The notes under the pieces: generated by a model
Seen by the model: the letters and a program-made list of their open reading frames with translations, nothing else
Databases searched by the model: none
Told to the model about the DNA's origin: nothing
Program-made: the position numbers and the translations under genes
Assembly: GCA_053919585.1 (NCBI GenBank)
Contig: CM132789.1
Reading direction: 5' to 3' (one strand)
DNA from: Euprymna scolopes
Taxonomy: Eukaryota
Length of the DNA: 64,000 nt
Shown: in pieces, positions 40,095 to 53,805 of the stretch
Position numbering within the stretch: the first letter of the stretch is position 1
Layout of the letters: every line of letters begins with the position of its first letter

Positions 40095-42180
40095 CAAACA
40101 CTATTACTCTTAACATTCAAACGCTCTATTACTCTTAACATTCAAACGCTCTATTACTCTTAACATTCAAACGCTCTATTACTCTTAACATTCAAACGCT
40201 CTATTATTCTTAACATTCAAACGCTCTATTATTCTTAACATTAAAACGCTCTATTATTCTTAACATTAAAACGCTCTATTATTCTTAACATTCAAACGCT
40301 CTATTATTCTTAACATTAAAACGCTCTATTATTCTTAACATTAAAACGCTCTATTATTCTTAACATTAAAACGCTCTATTATTCTTAACATTAAAACGCT
40401 CTATTATTCTTAACATTAAAACGCTCTATTATTCTTAACATTCAAACGCTCTATTATTCTTAACATTCAAACGCTCTATTACTCTTAACATTAAAACGCT
40501 CTATTACTCTTAACATTCAAACGCTCTATTACTCTTAATATTAAAACGCTCTATTATTCTTAACATTAAAACGCTCTATTATTCTTAACATTAAAACGCT
40601 CTATTATTCTTAACATTAAAACGCTCTATTATTCTTAACATTAAAACGCTCTATTATTCTTAACATTAAAACGCTCTATTATTCTTAACATTAAAACGCT
40701 CTATTATTCTTAACATTCAAACGCTCTATTATTCTTAACATTCAAACGCTCTATTATTCTTAACATTCAAACGCTCTATTATTCTTAACATTCAAACGCT
40801 CTATTACTCTTAACATTCAAACGCTCTATTACTCTTAACATTCAAACGCTCTATTACTCTTAACATTCAAACGCTCTATTACTCTTAACATTCAAACGCT
40901 CTATTACTCTTAACATTCAAACGCTCTATTACTCTTAACATTCAAACGCTCTATTATTCTTAACATTAAAACGCTCTATTATTCTTAACATTAAAACGCT
41001 CTATTATTCTTAACATTAAAACGCTCTATTATTCTTAAAATTAAAACGCTCTATTATTCTTAACATTCAAACGCTCTATTATTCTTAACATTCAAACGCT
41101 CTATTATTCTTAACATTAAAACGCTCTATTATTCTTAACATTAAAACGCTCTATTATTCTTAACATTAAAACGCTCTATTATTCTTAACATTAAAACGCT
41201 CTATTATTCTTAACATTAAAACGCTCTATTATTCTTAACATTAAAACGCTCTATTATTCTTAACATTAAAACGCTCTATTATTCTTAACATTCCAACGCT
41301 CTATTATTCTTAACATTCAAACGCTCTATTACTCTTAACATTCAAACGCTCTATTACTCTTAACATTCAAACGCTCTATTACTCTTAATATTAAAACGCT
41401 CTATTATTCTTAACATTAAAACGCTCTATTATTCTTAACATTAAAACGCTCTATTATTCTTAACATTAAAACGCTCTATTATTCTTAACATTAAAACGCT
41501 CTATTATTCTTAACATTAAAACGCTCTATTATTCTTAACATTAAAACGCTCTATTATTCTTAACATTAAAACGCTCTATTATTCTTAACATTAAAACGCT
41601 CTATTATTCTTAACATTCAAACGCTCTATTATTCTTAACATTCAAACGCTCTATTATTCTTAACATTCAAACGCTCTATTATTCTTAACATTCAAACGCT
41701 CTATTACTCTTAACATTCAAACGCTCTATTACTCTTAACATTCAAACGCTCTATTACTCTTAACATTCAAACGCTCTATTACTCTTAACATTCAAACGCT
41801 CTATTACTCTTAACATTCAAACGCTCTATTACTCTTAACATTCAAACGCTCTATTACTCTTAACATTAAAACGCTCTATTATTCTTAACATTAAAACGCT
41901 CTATTATTCTTAACATTAAAACGCTCTATTATTCTTAACATTAAAACGCTCTATTATTGTTAACATTAAAACGCTCTATTATTGTTAACATTAAAACGAT
42001 CTATTATTCTTTACATTAAAACGATCTATTATTCTTTACATTAAAACGATCTATTATTCTTTACATTCAAACGATCTATTATTCTTTACATTCAAACGAT
42101 CTATTATTCTTTACATTCAAACGATCTATTATTCTTAACATTCAAACGATCTATTATTCTTAACATTCAAACACTCTAAT
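40095..42180. repeat. 25-bp minisatellite, roughly 83 units
   Basis: (TAACATT[C/A]AAACGCTCTATTA[T/C]TCT)n. Degenerate units extend to ~39830 and ~42470. Confidence 0.97.
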
Positions 42181-42620
42181 ATTCAAACACTTTATTGTTA
42201 ACATTTAAACACTCCAATATTCAATCGGATTATTGTACTTAACATTCAAACACTATTATTCTTAAATACTATTTTATTCTTAGCATGCAAACAGTCTATT
42301 GTTCTTTACATTCAAACACTCTAATATTAAAATAGTCCGTTATTCTTAACATTCCAACATGCAACTATTCCTAAAACTCCATAATTCGTAGTATTCAAAC
42401 ACTCCATTATTCCTTACGCATACACTTCATTATTCTTAACACTCAGACACTTAATCATTCTTACCAGTGAACCACATTCTTTCGCATATTTTATAACAAA
42501 TTCCTTAAAATCAACTGATCGGTTCAATGATAATTATCTCAATAGATTTTTCCAAAAATTCTATCAAAGAAAGTTAAGCTTATTATAATGCTTTATTAAT
42601 ACTATAACATGGCAAAAATG

Positions 42621-42850
42621 GTCGGCTATAGTCGAGGGCGACACGAAGGCCCCCTTTTCATTAATTACTACATCGAAATGTAGGGAGGACGCCACTCTCT
42701 TCCAAGTATTACTCCACTTCCCCTTGATCATAATTATATGTTTCATAAGAGTGCATCAAGTACTATTTTAAAGTTTTTGGTATGACTTGACTGAGGATTG
42801 AATCCTGGTGTCCCGCCCCATTAACGAACATTCTAACTATTAGGTCAAAT
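42621..42850 (-). mobile_element. tRNA-derived SINE (second partial copy at 62155-62312)
   Basis: B-box-like GGATTCAATCC on the minus strand, followed by AGTCATACCAAAAACTTTAAAATAGTACTTGATGC. The 3' body is shared with 62155-62312. Confidence 0.7.
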
Positions 42851-42896
42851 GAGCTAGTAATAAATAGGATAGAATAAAATATCATGTATGACGTAA

Positions 42897-42931
<35 letters not shown>

Positions 42932-43821
42932 AAACATTTACTCAAACACTCTCACACTAATTTGGCTCCTGGTTACTCCAAATGAATTCTGAGATAAAGA
43001 TAACTACAACATTGGATTCCCTGTGAATGTTTTCTCTAAATATTTTATCTTAGGTCGGTACATAAATTTATTTTCGAGTACTTTGGCAGATAAATCAAAA
43101 TACACAAACACCTCATTTCTTATATAAGATTTGTGAAACTCATTTAATGAACAACAGTTCTATTTATTATTATACATTCTTATAGAAACATGTTTCAAAA
43201 TATTTGCCATTCTTATCAAATAAATTTGCCACGCATTTTGAAACATGTTATATACTAAATATAGTGGTGAGAGTGTCAAAGATGTGAAAAAAGACTAGTT
43301 CCCTGAACAGTTTTGCACAACGTTTATATTATCTTCTGAAGATTAAAATCAAGAGATAATGCTACTAAACATCATACATAAAATCCTTATTCAAATTTTG
43401 ATCAAAATCATGATTTTGATCCCAGAAAATGTTTCAGATTAAAGACTTAATCTTAAACAGTCTTCAGAAGGAATCAAAATTCAAAGAATATTAGTGTCTA
43501 GTGACTATGGCTAAAATTAAATGCAAATCTGAAATATTTTTGAATTGATAAGAGATTATGCTTTGTAAAAATTTTACAATTCGACAAAGAAATGAATTCG
43601 AGGAATATTTATTAATATCTATATTTTATATCTACTATTAAAATTTAATAAAATTCAGAGATATCTGGATTTTCACAATAGGCTTTATTTTCTTTTTATC
43701 CTCTTGCATAAAACTAAATTAAACCAAATGTAGCCCATATTTGGACTCCAAATGTTAGAAAATTCATAATGAGATTAGGAGTGAATCATGCAAATATAAA
43801 TATATCCACTTATAAATATAC

Positions 43822-43874
<53 letters not shown>

Positions 43875-43879
<5 letters not shown>

Positions 43880-44052
43880 ATGTGATTAATAATTTAAAAA
43901 TCAAATTATAATTAAATTAAAAATCCGTTTCATAAGAAGGAACAACAACAAAATTAATTTTTTTTTTTGTTAATTTTGTTGTTGTTCCTTCTTATGAAAC
44001 GGAATTTTAATTTAATTATAATTTGATTTTTAAATTATTAATCACATTACTA
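43875..44052. repeat. near-perfect inverted repeat, 83-bp arms, 12-bp spacer
   Basis: 43875-43957 is the reverse complement of 43970-44052 with one mismatch. Confidence 0.95.
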
Positions 44053-44855
44053 AATATTAAATTAGCTCTAGGATATTTACCTATCGAGCTTATTATATAT
44101 CTAAATTATAACGAGCACTTCTTCTTTCCTGTATTTTAATTAAACTAGTAATTTCACTATTACATTAAAATACACTCTGCTCTTTAGACTATTGTTCTAA
44201 TCTCCTTTAAATTATATATATATATAGTAAGTTTTAAAATGGCAGTTATGCTACACACAATATAGCAATTAAGCTGCACAGAATTTTCCGTGTTCCATCG
44301 TCGTTTTTATATATTCCTGTGGCACTGGGTTTGCTAGTCAGCCAATCAATCAGATTCTTTGTTATTCACATGCCAATTTATCATAAGCAATTGGCACGCA
44401 TTTATCTGGCAAACGTTCACTTACCTTCTAATTCACCTGTTTCTTTGTTCTTTCTGGCAAGGATGGTTTCTCTTTTCTTTGTGTTGGAAAGTGACTTGAT
44501 GTTTTTCACTGACATTTTACTTAATACTAGAATATTTGTTTATGCATGAATTATTATAATTATGATTATATATTTTTTTTATTGTTGTTCTTCTTATTAT
44601 GATGATATTTTATGTGTTATCCTAAACGTAAAGTTTAATTTGTGTATACATGTATTTGCAATTTCACTCCTGCAATTTAATACATTGTGGGGATTTTTAA
44701 AATATAATTTCTCATTCAAACATAGTNNNNNNNNNNNNNNNNNNNNNNNNNNNNNNNNNNNNNNNNNNNNNNNNNNNNNNNNNNNNNNNNNNNNNNNNNN
44801 NNNNNNNNNNNNNNNNNNNNNNNNNNNNNNNNNNNNNNNNNNNNNNNNNNNNNNN

Positions 44856-45269
44856 TCCTGTTTCGTTGTATCACAACTCATCAGTGCCGCTAGACTAGCA
44901 TCTCTTCCAAGCCAAGGATTGAACCTAGAACCGTCGTGTTGACAGTCGGCAGTTGTCCCCCTTGACCACAGAAGGGACGCCCACAAATAACTCATCAGAA
45001 TGTATATTTAGATAGACATCCGCCGCCACTTTTACAGTGCTCAAACCGCCTGTTTGTAAACAAACAAACAACGAGCTTCGCATTTTTCAGCCAATTAAGT
45101 AGCGGGTGAGATTATTTACGACAGTGCTCTACCTAAAGAGGGGGGCTTAAAATATATTTGTAGTCATCGACATACAGCCCTGTTTATATCACAACTCATC
45201 AGTGCCGCTAGACTAGCATCTCTCCCAAGCCAAGGATTGAACCTAGAACCGTCGTGTTGACAGTCGGCA
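44856..45269 (-). mobile_element. tRNA-headed, hammerhead-containing repeat with 318-bp periodicity
   Basis: Direct repeat at 44857-44951 and ~45178-45269; tRNA-like segment at ~44905-44978; CUGAUGA-GUUGU gau ACAAC-GAAAC core. Confidence 0.75.
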
Positions 45270-45349
45270 TATATATAATGCACTTTTTGTCTGTTTTTAC
45301 ATAAGCATTGATATGTCACTACACATTCATGAGTATATTTCGGTCAGTG

Positions 45350-46185
45350 TATTTTTAAAAAACTTTTATTGAAAAAATCAATTCCGGTAACTTGATTATG
45401 TAGTAGAGCTGATTCAATATAGCAGCCTTCAGCTTAAATCACAGCCTCAATACAGATCCGGAACTGGGAGCATGCCTTTTCTACAAGCGCTGGTGGGAGC
45501 TTGGCGAATACTTGGTAGATGGCAATGATGTTGGTGATGTTCTCGATGTATGATCAAACAAAGTAGTCCAGCGGGTTCAGGTCGGGGGAGGAAGGGAGCC
45601 AGTATGAGAAGGGTACAAAGACGTAGCACTCCTTTTGTAGCCAAGCCTCAGTCTCTTTGGACTTGTGGTGGTCTGGAACCGAGTCTTGGTGTCACACTCA
45701 GGGTCAACCAGTGGCTATCTGATTGCACTAGAAGATCACCACATTCTTCAGCACATCCAGGTACATGTATTTGCAATACATCAAGTGTTGACTTTCAAGC
45801 CGAATTCAAAGATGTGAGGTGGCATGATGTGACTCTCACTTGAAACCACACCAAAGATCATAACCGTGGGTGGTCCAATGCATTGAGCTGCAACCTCAAG
45901 CGTTGAACCATCTGGACTTGCATTTTGAGGGTACTCACAATGGTCCTGTAGTCATAACTTGGATTAGGAGAGAGCATGAGTTATACAGCGGTGCATTTCC
46001 AATCTCACTTCTTAAACATTGTGTCACTTTGAGACATGATAGAAGGCTCGTATTGCTCTTGGAATTTGTACACAACTGGCCAACTAGTAGATGGTCTGCG
46101 ACAAAAAAAAAGAAAACCGTTTTTCATCAAACGGATATGGAATCATGTCGTCCTTTTCTAGGGCGACAATTTTATCGTTCCACTC
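45350..46185 (-). mobile_element. degenerate DD37D (maT-type) relic, second copy
   Basis: Homologous to 19200-19880. Encodes PDLNPLDY; TIR GAGTGGAACGATAAAATTGTCGCC at ~46160-46184. Confidence 0.75.
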
Positions 46186-47429
46186 TGGAATGTGAACTTA
46201 AAAATGTTATAACATACTTGACAACTTAGAAATAATGACATGTAAAATCATCAGGTGATGATATTAGTAACGTACACCAATGATGTCATTTAGTGGTCTT
46301 TTTGAGATACATGGAAATTAGTTAGTCAGGAAGGATAGAGACGGTGTACAGATCGTGATGGTTCCGAGTAAAGGAGGCCAGAAATGGCGATAGTCAGAAT
46401 CAGTGTTGCAACTTTCCAAAAGAGAAAAGCACTCTGGAATAAAAAGTTGCCAAAAATAAAACCCGAGGCTCTGACGTTTCTTGGAGAGAATTTCCATTGC
46501 AGCTTCCCATCAAATAAGACCAAAGATTGACCAGGTACGTTCCCGACTGGCCAGATGTTGAAACTCCTAATAAGTGTTATTCGTTCTTTGTGTTGTAAAT
46601 GTATTTATACATATTCTTGTCCTGTCGCAAACTGTATTTAAATGTACATACACACAGACAAACGATCACAACACTAGACGGTCATGAACAAAGCACGTAT
46701 ATTTACGACTGTCACACGTATATACACTCTCATACAATCTAACCGCTAGACGACTCACTGTATACAAACATTCATTAGATATCAAAGACATATATATATA
46801 TATATATATATATATTATGTACCCAACGGCTACACAACATGTACGTCAATTTATATCCACAAATTTATTTACCTTTTATTAAGACCATCAGTATACAGCT
46901 GACCCATTGATTGTTCTCAGAGCTCGAACCTCAGTCATCATTGACTGTTAAAATCCAACATTCTAAGTTGTTGCACTCTCTGCAGAGATAAGAAGGAAAT
47001 ATACCGTATATATCATTACATTAAGCGTCTAAGCGTGTTAGGGTTAGAGAGAGAAAACTTTGCATTATAGCTGGACAGAAATATTTATCTTTTTGATCAA
47101 ACTACTCACCCCTACAGGGAACAAGTATATTATTGTAACGTTACCCAACACGTTGTAGTCTCAATCGCAAAGTAGACAAAGAATAGGAAAGAACTTCAAC
47201 TCCTTTTTTTTTTTCGTAATAATGAAATTTATTCCCTCATTCTCTTGCCATGCTTGACTTCTCGTTACGGCTGTGATATCACACACGTCTCAAACATAAT
47301 CGTCTCTTCACGTGATCGTCCTCTCTCATGTGATCATTTTTTCTAATGTGCTCTCTACTTTTATAGTGTTTTTCCTTACAGTGACGTAATTTCTCATTTT
47401 ATATGCATTTGCAAATATGAATCCGTGAT

Positions 47430-48045
47430 CTGTTACATTATTTTTAAACGTCCTTGTCCCCGAAGATGACTTTTCAGTCCTGCTAGCGACTTACACACCC
47501 TCAAGCAGAGATGACACCGAAGACTGTGATTGGTTTGGATGAAACCAACAGCAACGAATCCCATATCATCGTGCACTTTCATGTGATTAACAAGATCTGC
47601 CTTGAATAACAGAGACCGGTTACACACCTCAGAGATCCAAAGATTTCCATGATTGGACGGCAAGGTTTGGCATTTCCTACATGATTCTTGAGCTTCGCTC
47701 GGTCTATCTTGGTTGCTTCAAATTGTTGTGCGCCCCTGTATATCAGTGCCCTCCACTGCTTGCGATCATATGCTAGAGACTCCCAATTGTCAACAGAAAT
47801 ATGAAAGCTCACCAGACTCTCCTTGATGCTCTCACCATAATGTTTTTTTGGGCTTGTGTTGGGGTCTTTTGCCAAGAAGGAGCTCACCATAAAACAACTG
47901 TTTTGTGAGTCATAAGTCATTAAGCCGGACAAGATAACCTGCCCAACGGATCTGGTTCTTAATGACAATGGTAGCAATACTGGTTGTTTTTGGCCTTTTT
48001 TAAGACATATGTATCAGGGACACAACTATTCCACTTTAAACCCGT
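47430..48045 (-). mobile_element. RTE-clade LINE 3' fragment
   Basis: WESLAYDRKQWRALIYRG and C-terminal zinc fingers (CHLCLRVCKSLAGLKSHLR); frameshifted. Confidence 0.75.
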
Positions 48046-48181
48046 GATATGCATACATGCACACACATATACACATACATATTATATCATGCATCTAAAT
48101 AAAATTTTATAAGGAGATATATTTTATGCATCAATTTTCAGTGTTTAGTTCAACATTAGTCAATACCTGAGTAGAGCGAGA

Positions 48182-48344
48182 TAGTAAGTTACGAAAATAT
48201 ATATATATATGGCAATTAAGCTAAACAGAATTTTCAGCGTTTCATCTTTGTGAAAATTCATCATTAGCCTGATGAATACTCAGGAGGATGAAATGCGGAA
48301 AATTATGTGTAGCTTAATTGCCATATATATTTCACAACTTACTA
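48182..48344. repeat. palindromic repeat with inverted hammerhead-like cores (related copies at ~31700-31800 and ~44260-44300)
   Basis: GGCAATTAAGCT..AATTTTC.GC.TTTCATC arms surround CTGATGA..GAAA. Confidence 0.65.
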
Positions 48345-51300
48345 TATATATATATAGAGAGAGAGAGGGGGGGAAGGGAGGGAGGGAGAGAGAGATAAAC
48401 AGGTGGTCATTTTTATGATGAATAAAGTACAGTTATTTTGTAAATTGTAGACATATAAGAAATAGAAAACAATCAAATATGCTTTAATTTCTTAATATGT
48501 GTGTTTGTAGTTATTTGCTTGCAAATTTTAGTTGAACTTGATCTTGTGACTATCGTTGCCAATGTTTGTCTTTTTTTTTTTTTTCGTGACCAATCTTGAA
48601 GAGTAATCATTGCCAAAAATATAATCAAGCAACTGACTTTCCTTTTTTTTTTTAAGACTTGAAGGAAGGGATGTTGAGATATGGATCTGGGTGATATGTC
48701 TCTGGCGTACTGATAAAAGTGCTTTGCTATTCCGTTTTGTAAGATGAGACCTGTATGTGTGTAATATAATGCTTTTAGTGACATTCAGAGAATCCTCTTT
48801 CTTGGTGGAACAGGGGAAGGGGGAGAAAAGGAGAAGGACTTCTTGTTCTTTCTTTTTTTTTTGTCTTTTTAATCCAATTAAACAGACATGTTATTTCTTA
48901 ATTAATTCTAACAGACGAACGAAAATACTATTTCCAACTTAAGCATGACAGACGAATAAAAATGTTACTTAAAACTGCAGCAGAACATCCAACGGAAATT
49001 TTATTTCATCCACCAGAAACAAATAGTATTCCATACTTAATCCTGACGGACAGAGACTCAATGTGTGCATTAAATAATAAAAATATTATTTTAAACTTAA
49101 TTCTTACAGACGCAGAAAGAGGATTTTTTGAGTGTCACTAAAATATGCTTTCTATTTCAGAAAGAAAGTTCAGTTCTTAAACGGGACATTGTATTTGGAG
49201 ATAAGTACAAACTATTGAATCAGAGTGACAGCTTTTGAAGAAAAGGAACAACGACCGTGTATATTAATTAAATACTTTTACTTAGGCAAGTAATAAAGAA
49301 CGGTATGCCAACAATTATTAAGATTTATCAGTATGGCTATATACAAATATCCCACTGTCATTTTTTTCTGTTAATTATTTACTCATGGTATAAATCAGTA
49401 TTTTCCTACATTTTATATTTTCCTTTTGTTTTACAGTTTTGGAATGGGATTATCGATTTTTTTTTATTCGTTGTTTTGATTTGCTATCAAATATTGCATA
49501 CAAAGTGAAGGTTTGCAAACACGTGTCTTTGCAGAACTTATTGTAGAGGCGTTATGTTACCAAGTGCTTTAGCCTCTTCCAATTGTTGGCTATTTCAGTT
49601 AGAAAAGAAAAGCTTTGCTTGCAATATCTGTTTGGATCTTGTAGCATTATATGACCACCTATCATCAGCTGATGATTTCAAAATAACTTCTTTCTAATGT
49701 CTTGGGATCTTGTCCACTCAATCACAACTTTGTACCACACGTCAAAGGCAAAGGCTTTTTATCTCTTCTTCGCTACGTCTCTTCAACTTCGACTTCCTGT
49801 TCATGATGTTAAATTTTAATTTCTAATGGAACTTTCCATTTCTAAGCTTAATTTAACCTTATGTAGAAAATATCGTTTCTAACACTATTGCACATTTGTT
49901 TTCATTACTCTCAAAATATTGTGTGTGAGATGGTGCGTATTCTTTATATACTCATATTTTGTTTTAAACGCCATCTTAGTTTAAACATAAAATGAATTTT
50001 CAATAAATGTTTACTTTCTTCACAATTTCATTGAACTTCTTCCTCCTTGGCGTTTTGGCTAAGAACAAAATATATTATCTATTTTGATATACACTTTATC
50101 TTTTGTCTTCTGTTAGTGAAGGAGAAATTATTCTAGACTGAGACAAGTTTTATTCTTTTTATTCTCAGAGTCTCACTTTTGGGGCGATGTATTTCCCCCA
50201 CATATTCAAAGTAATTGTTTTTTGTTTTGTTTTGACTACATGAAAATAATATTCTGTTAGTCGTATAAGGCAAATATAAGTTTGTGTTATTAAAAAACTA
50301 GGTGCTATTTTTTATGTAGTATTTTCAAGTTTAATTAAAGTTTTATATCTGTTTTCATTAAATTTGTAAGGTTAAAGTACAGAATAAGTACAAAACACCC
50401 TCCCTTCCCCATGTTGAGAATGAATTTGCTAAATAATAAGGTTAATATTTCAGCACGAATCCATAAGGGCACTAGTACCAAAAATTAATTTAATTTTTTT
50501 AATCGATTTCATCGAATTTCATATTTAATCCAATCAATTTTTTTTGTCTTGATTACTAATATTGTAGAAAGTGTTGAAGGAGCTAACCCACACACAGTCA
50601 CAAAGCTTAATAGTGGTACTTAAATTCTCGGGTACTAATATACTAATATTAATACGCCTAATAATTTGTTTAATTTAAAGTATAGAAATAAATGCAAGGG
50701 AGGTAATTTTTAAATTGTCCAACATTGTCATGTGTTTTTTTTTATTCGCGCCATCAAGAGTAGGGCTTCACTTGATAATGACGACGTTTTGATTCACGTG
50801 ATTCATCGGCAAATGAAAAATTGAATTAAAGCAACAACAACCGCTGAAGTGATGTGCATTGAATTAAAAATGATTAAAATCATGCATGGCGGATTTTCAG
50901 AAATTGTTAGATGCCGATAAAAAAGATGCAATCAGACATCTTCATCGGAAGATTCATTCAAGCCGCAGGCTATTATTTTACAATTATACTCTTTTTTCCT
51001 ATTTTGTCTCTGTCGCTATTCGGGCTTCCTTTTTCCTTCTTCCGTGTGCGTTTAATCTGTTGTAATATTTGCGCGGAGGGAAAAATATGTCTTGTTGCTT
51101 TTTTTTTTCTCCCTTCCCCACTGTCTGCTTTTCATGCATTTTTGATCAACTGGGTCAGTTCTTATTCTGGACAGAACTCATCAAAAGATTGCGTTTTGTT
51201 GTTTTCTTTTTTTGCATTGTTAGGCTGTGAAAAGAGATGGATATGGGGGAGAAGCAGTTGAATTGTTTATTTTTAGCAAGGGTATCAGAAGGGTTAGAAA

Positions 51301-51836
51301 TAATAATAATAATAAAAAAAAGAACTGTTACCCTTGGCTTGGACAAATATGAATAGAATGTTTTGTTTTCTAAAAATAAGGATGTCTGTAGTTCTGCAGG
51401 AAAATAACACGAGACAGAAAATTCGAAGAAAAAAAATTAGTTTTCGAGATAAATGATTAGAATAAATTTAAGTAATACTAGCACGATATAGAATTGTATT
51501 GTGGTCGTTTCTTAGATGGTAATCCAATGAAAGGGCAGTGTTTATAAAATAATTCTCAGAAACATGTGGAGTTATATTGTAGTATAAATTCCTTTATTTA
51601 TTCATTTGGATCCTTTTTACCCCCACCCCCACACTCCAAGCATATTGCCACTTGGAACGCAAGGGGCTAATATTTGGTGTCGTGTCTAACGATTTACCTA
51701 TACAAACATTATAGATCGCCTTTGATATTCAACTTCATCGGATCTTCATATCAACTTAACTGAAACTACGTTTCATAAGAGATCGCCGCTGAAACATGTA
51801 TGCACATATGTAGCCAATGATATTTATATGAATAAC

Positions 51837-51909
<73 letters not shown>

Positions 51910-52011
51910 CTGGCCACCCAGCGTTGTCCGATCATAAAATATGCTTACATATATTTTTAATTTATGTAATTTCATATTTATTAATATAGAGCAAATTTTG
52001 TTTTGATTGTA

Positions 52012-52061
<50 letters not shown>

Positions 52062-52625
52062 GTCGGAAAATGTGGAAGTAGGAACACGACGACTTGGTAA
52101 GAATAAGAAGAACATTTATATCGAGCAAGGGTTAGTGGTACAGAAAAGGTTAGTAAGTCTGTGGGGAGTCGTCTCTGTATGACATCCAGATAGCTCTCAT
52201 TGAGCGGTCTAGACTTGCTGGTTATATGCCTAATGGACAAGCGACAACAATATAGTAATCACTTCGAAAGTTAAAATAAAAATGACTTCAGTGTCATCAG
52301 CTGAAATTGAAACAAAATGTTCAGCGCTCGTTATTTAGCTCTTCAGTCTAAATTTGAGCTATCGTCAGATATATGAAAAAAAATGGCTAAAAATTAAGCG
52401 ACTTTAAGCTAAAAATGTATATGTACGCATACTCAGAAGTTAGTCAATTTACTCCTGTCAACTTTGTTTTTTTTTTTCAATTTGACCCGTTAACAGTTAT
52501 TTTTACAGGTTAAATACCAAATCGAAAGTTTTCCTGAGGTCCAAATGCCCTATATATCAAGTTTCAAATTTGTAGATCAAATATTCAGAGAGGAGTTTGG
52601 TAATTACCAGTTTTTATAATATACA

Positions 52626-52671
<46 letters not shown>

Positions 52672-53013
52672 CACTAGTGTGTTAGACCGTTTTGATTTTA
52701 AATGCTATGCAATCATGCACAATGTGGAAACTATGCATAAATAGAATTCAGTGTGATAGTGAAATGAAACCAATTAACGCATGTTTTTCAAAAGAATATA
52801 CAAATTAGTTAACTTTTATGTGGTCACTTGCATATCAACGACTGAGTATATTCAGAAGTTCATTTTAATAATTTTTAAATAGAAAAAGTAAGTTTTTAAT
52901 ATAAATGTCAGAGTGAGAAAAGAAAAACTCAACTTTATAGGTATATTAGCTAGCCTCTCATTTTTTTTAATCATGATTATTAAAACATGTATTTCCCCCG
53001 TAATTGCAATATA

Positions 53014-53086
53014 TTAGGTTGGTGCAAAAATAATGTTTTTTGACTCGAAGTTGAATGCCAAAAACCATTATTTTTGCACCAAATAT
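53014..53086. mobile_element. MADE1-like mariner MITE
   Basis: TTAGGTTGGTGCAAAA...TTTTGCACCAA termini in a TA context, ~73 bp. Confidence 0.75.
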
Positions 53087-53108
53087 AAATTTTGTTCCTC
53101 ACAAAAAT

Positions 53109-53158
<50 letters not shown>

Positions 53159-53755
53159 CAGGCCGCCCGGCGTTGTCCGGTCGTAAAATATGCATAATAT
53201 TATATTTTAACTCATATAGAAACTTAGACATATGCATGCAAGTATTATGTTTTTTCGAAATAGTTCACTTCTTCTAACTAAAAAAAAATAAATACTTTAG
53301 TTGAGATCGAAACCAAAACCTAAAGACAGTGTGTCAAGTACGATAACCATTGGATCAGCTTGACACGATCTTTAAGTAGGTTTTCAAACCTACTTATTCT
53401 TAACATAAGGAATCTTTCTTGTGAACGATTCGTACATGCTCATTCGTGAAACAGTTAACAAACAAGTAAAAATCCGATCATGCCCATGTACCAATTTGTA
53501 AATTTTGATCCCCTAGCAGCCCTTTTTTCCGGATGAAAACCGATTAAAAAGTCTTCCACATGTCTGAGTACACTATATTACGTATTTCAAGTCTGTAGCT
53601 CAAAAACTCGTTGAGTAAATAGCTGAGAATTGTCCTCACACACACATATACACACAGTCAGACTTATATATGCGAACAAGTCGAGGCTCGTGCCAACAGA
53701 TTGTGTGTTTTAGGGATGGACAGTTTGAGATTTTTTGCAGTTTCCGTTTCCTTGG

Positions 53756-53805
<50 letters not shown>

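Larger units (their letters stand above)
39694..43129 (-). mobile_element. non-autonomous Helitron expanded by an internal minisatellite
   Basis: Minus-strand 3' end CCGGGCAAAGCCGGG...CTAG at 39694-39720; candidate 5' end TCTTATATAAGAAATGAG at 43129. Confidence 0.55.

Noticed and set aside
44905-44978. genuine tRNA-Asp gene
   Set aside because: The A/B boxes and a GTC loop are present, but the stems pair poorly and the segment is part of a repeat unit.
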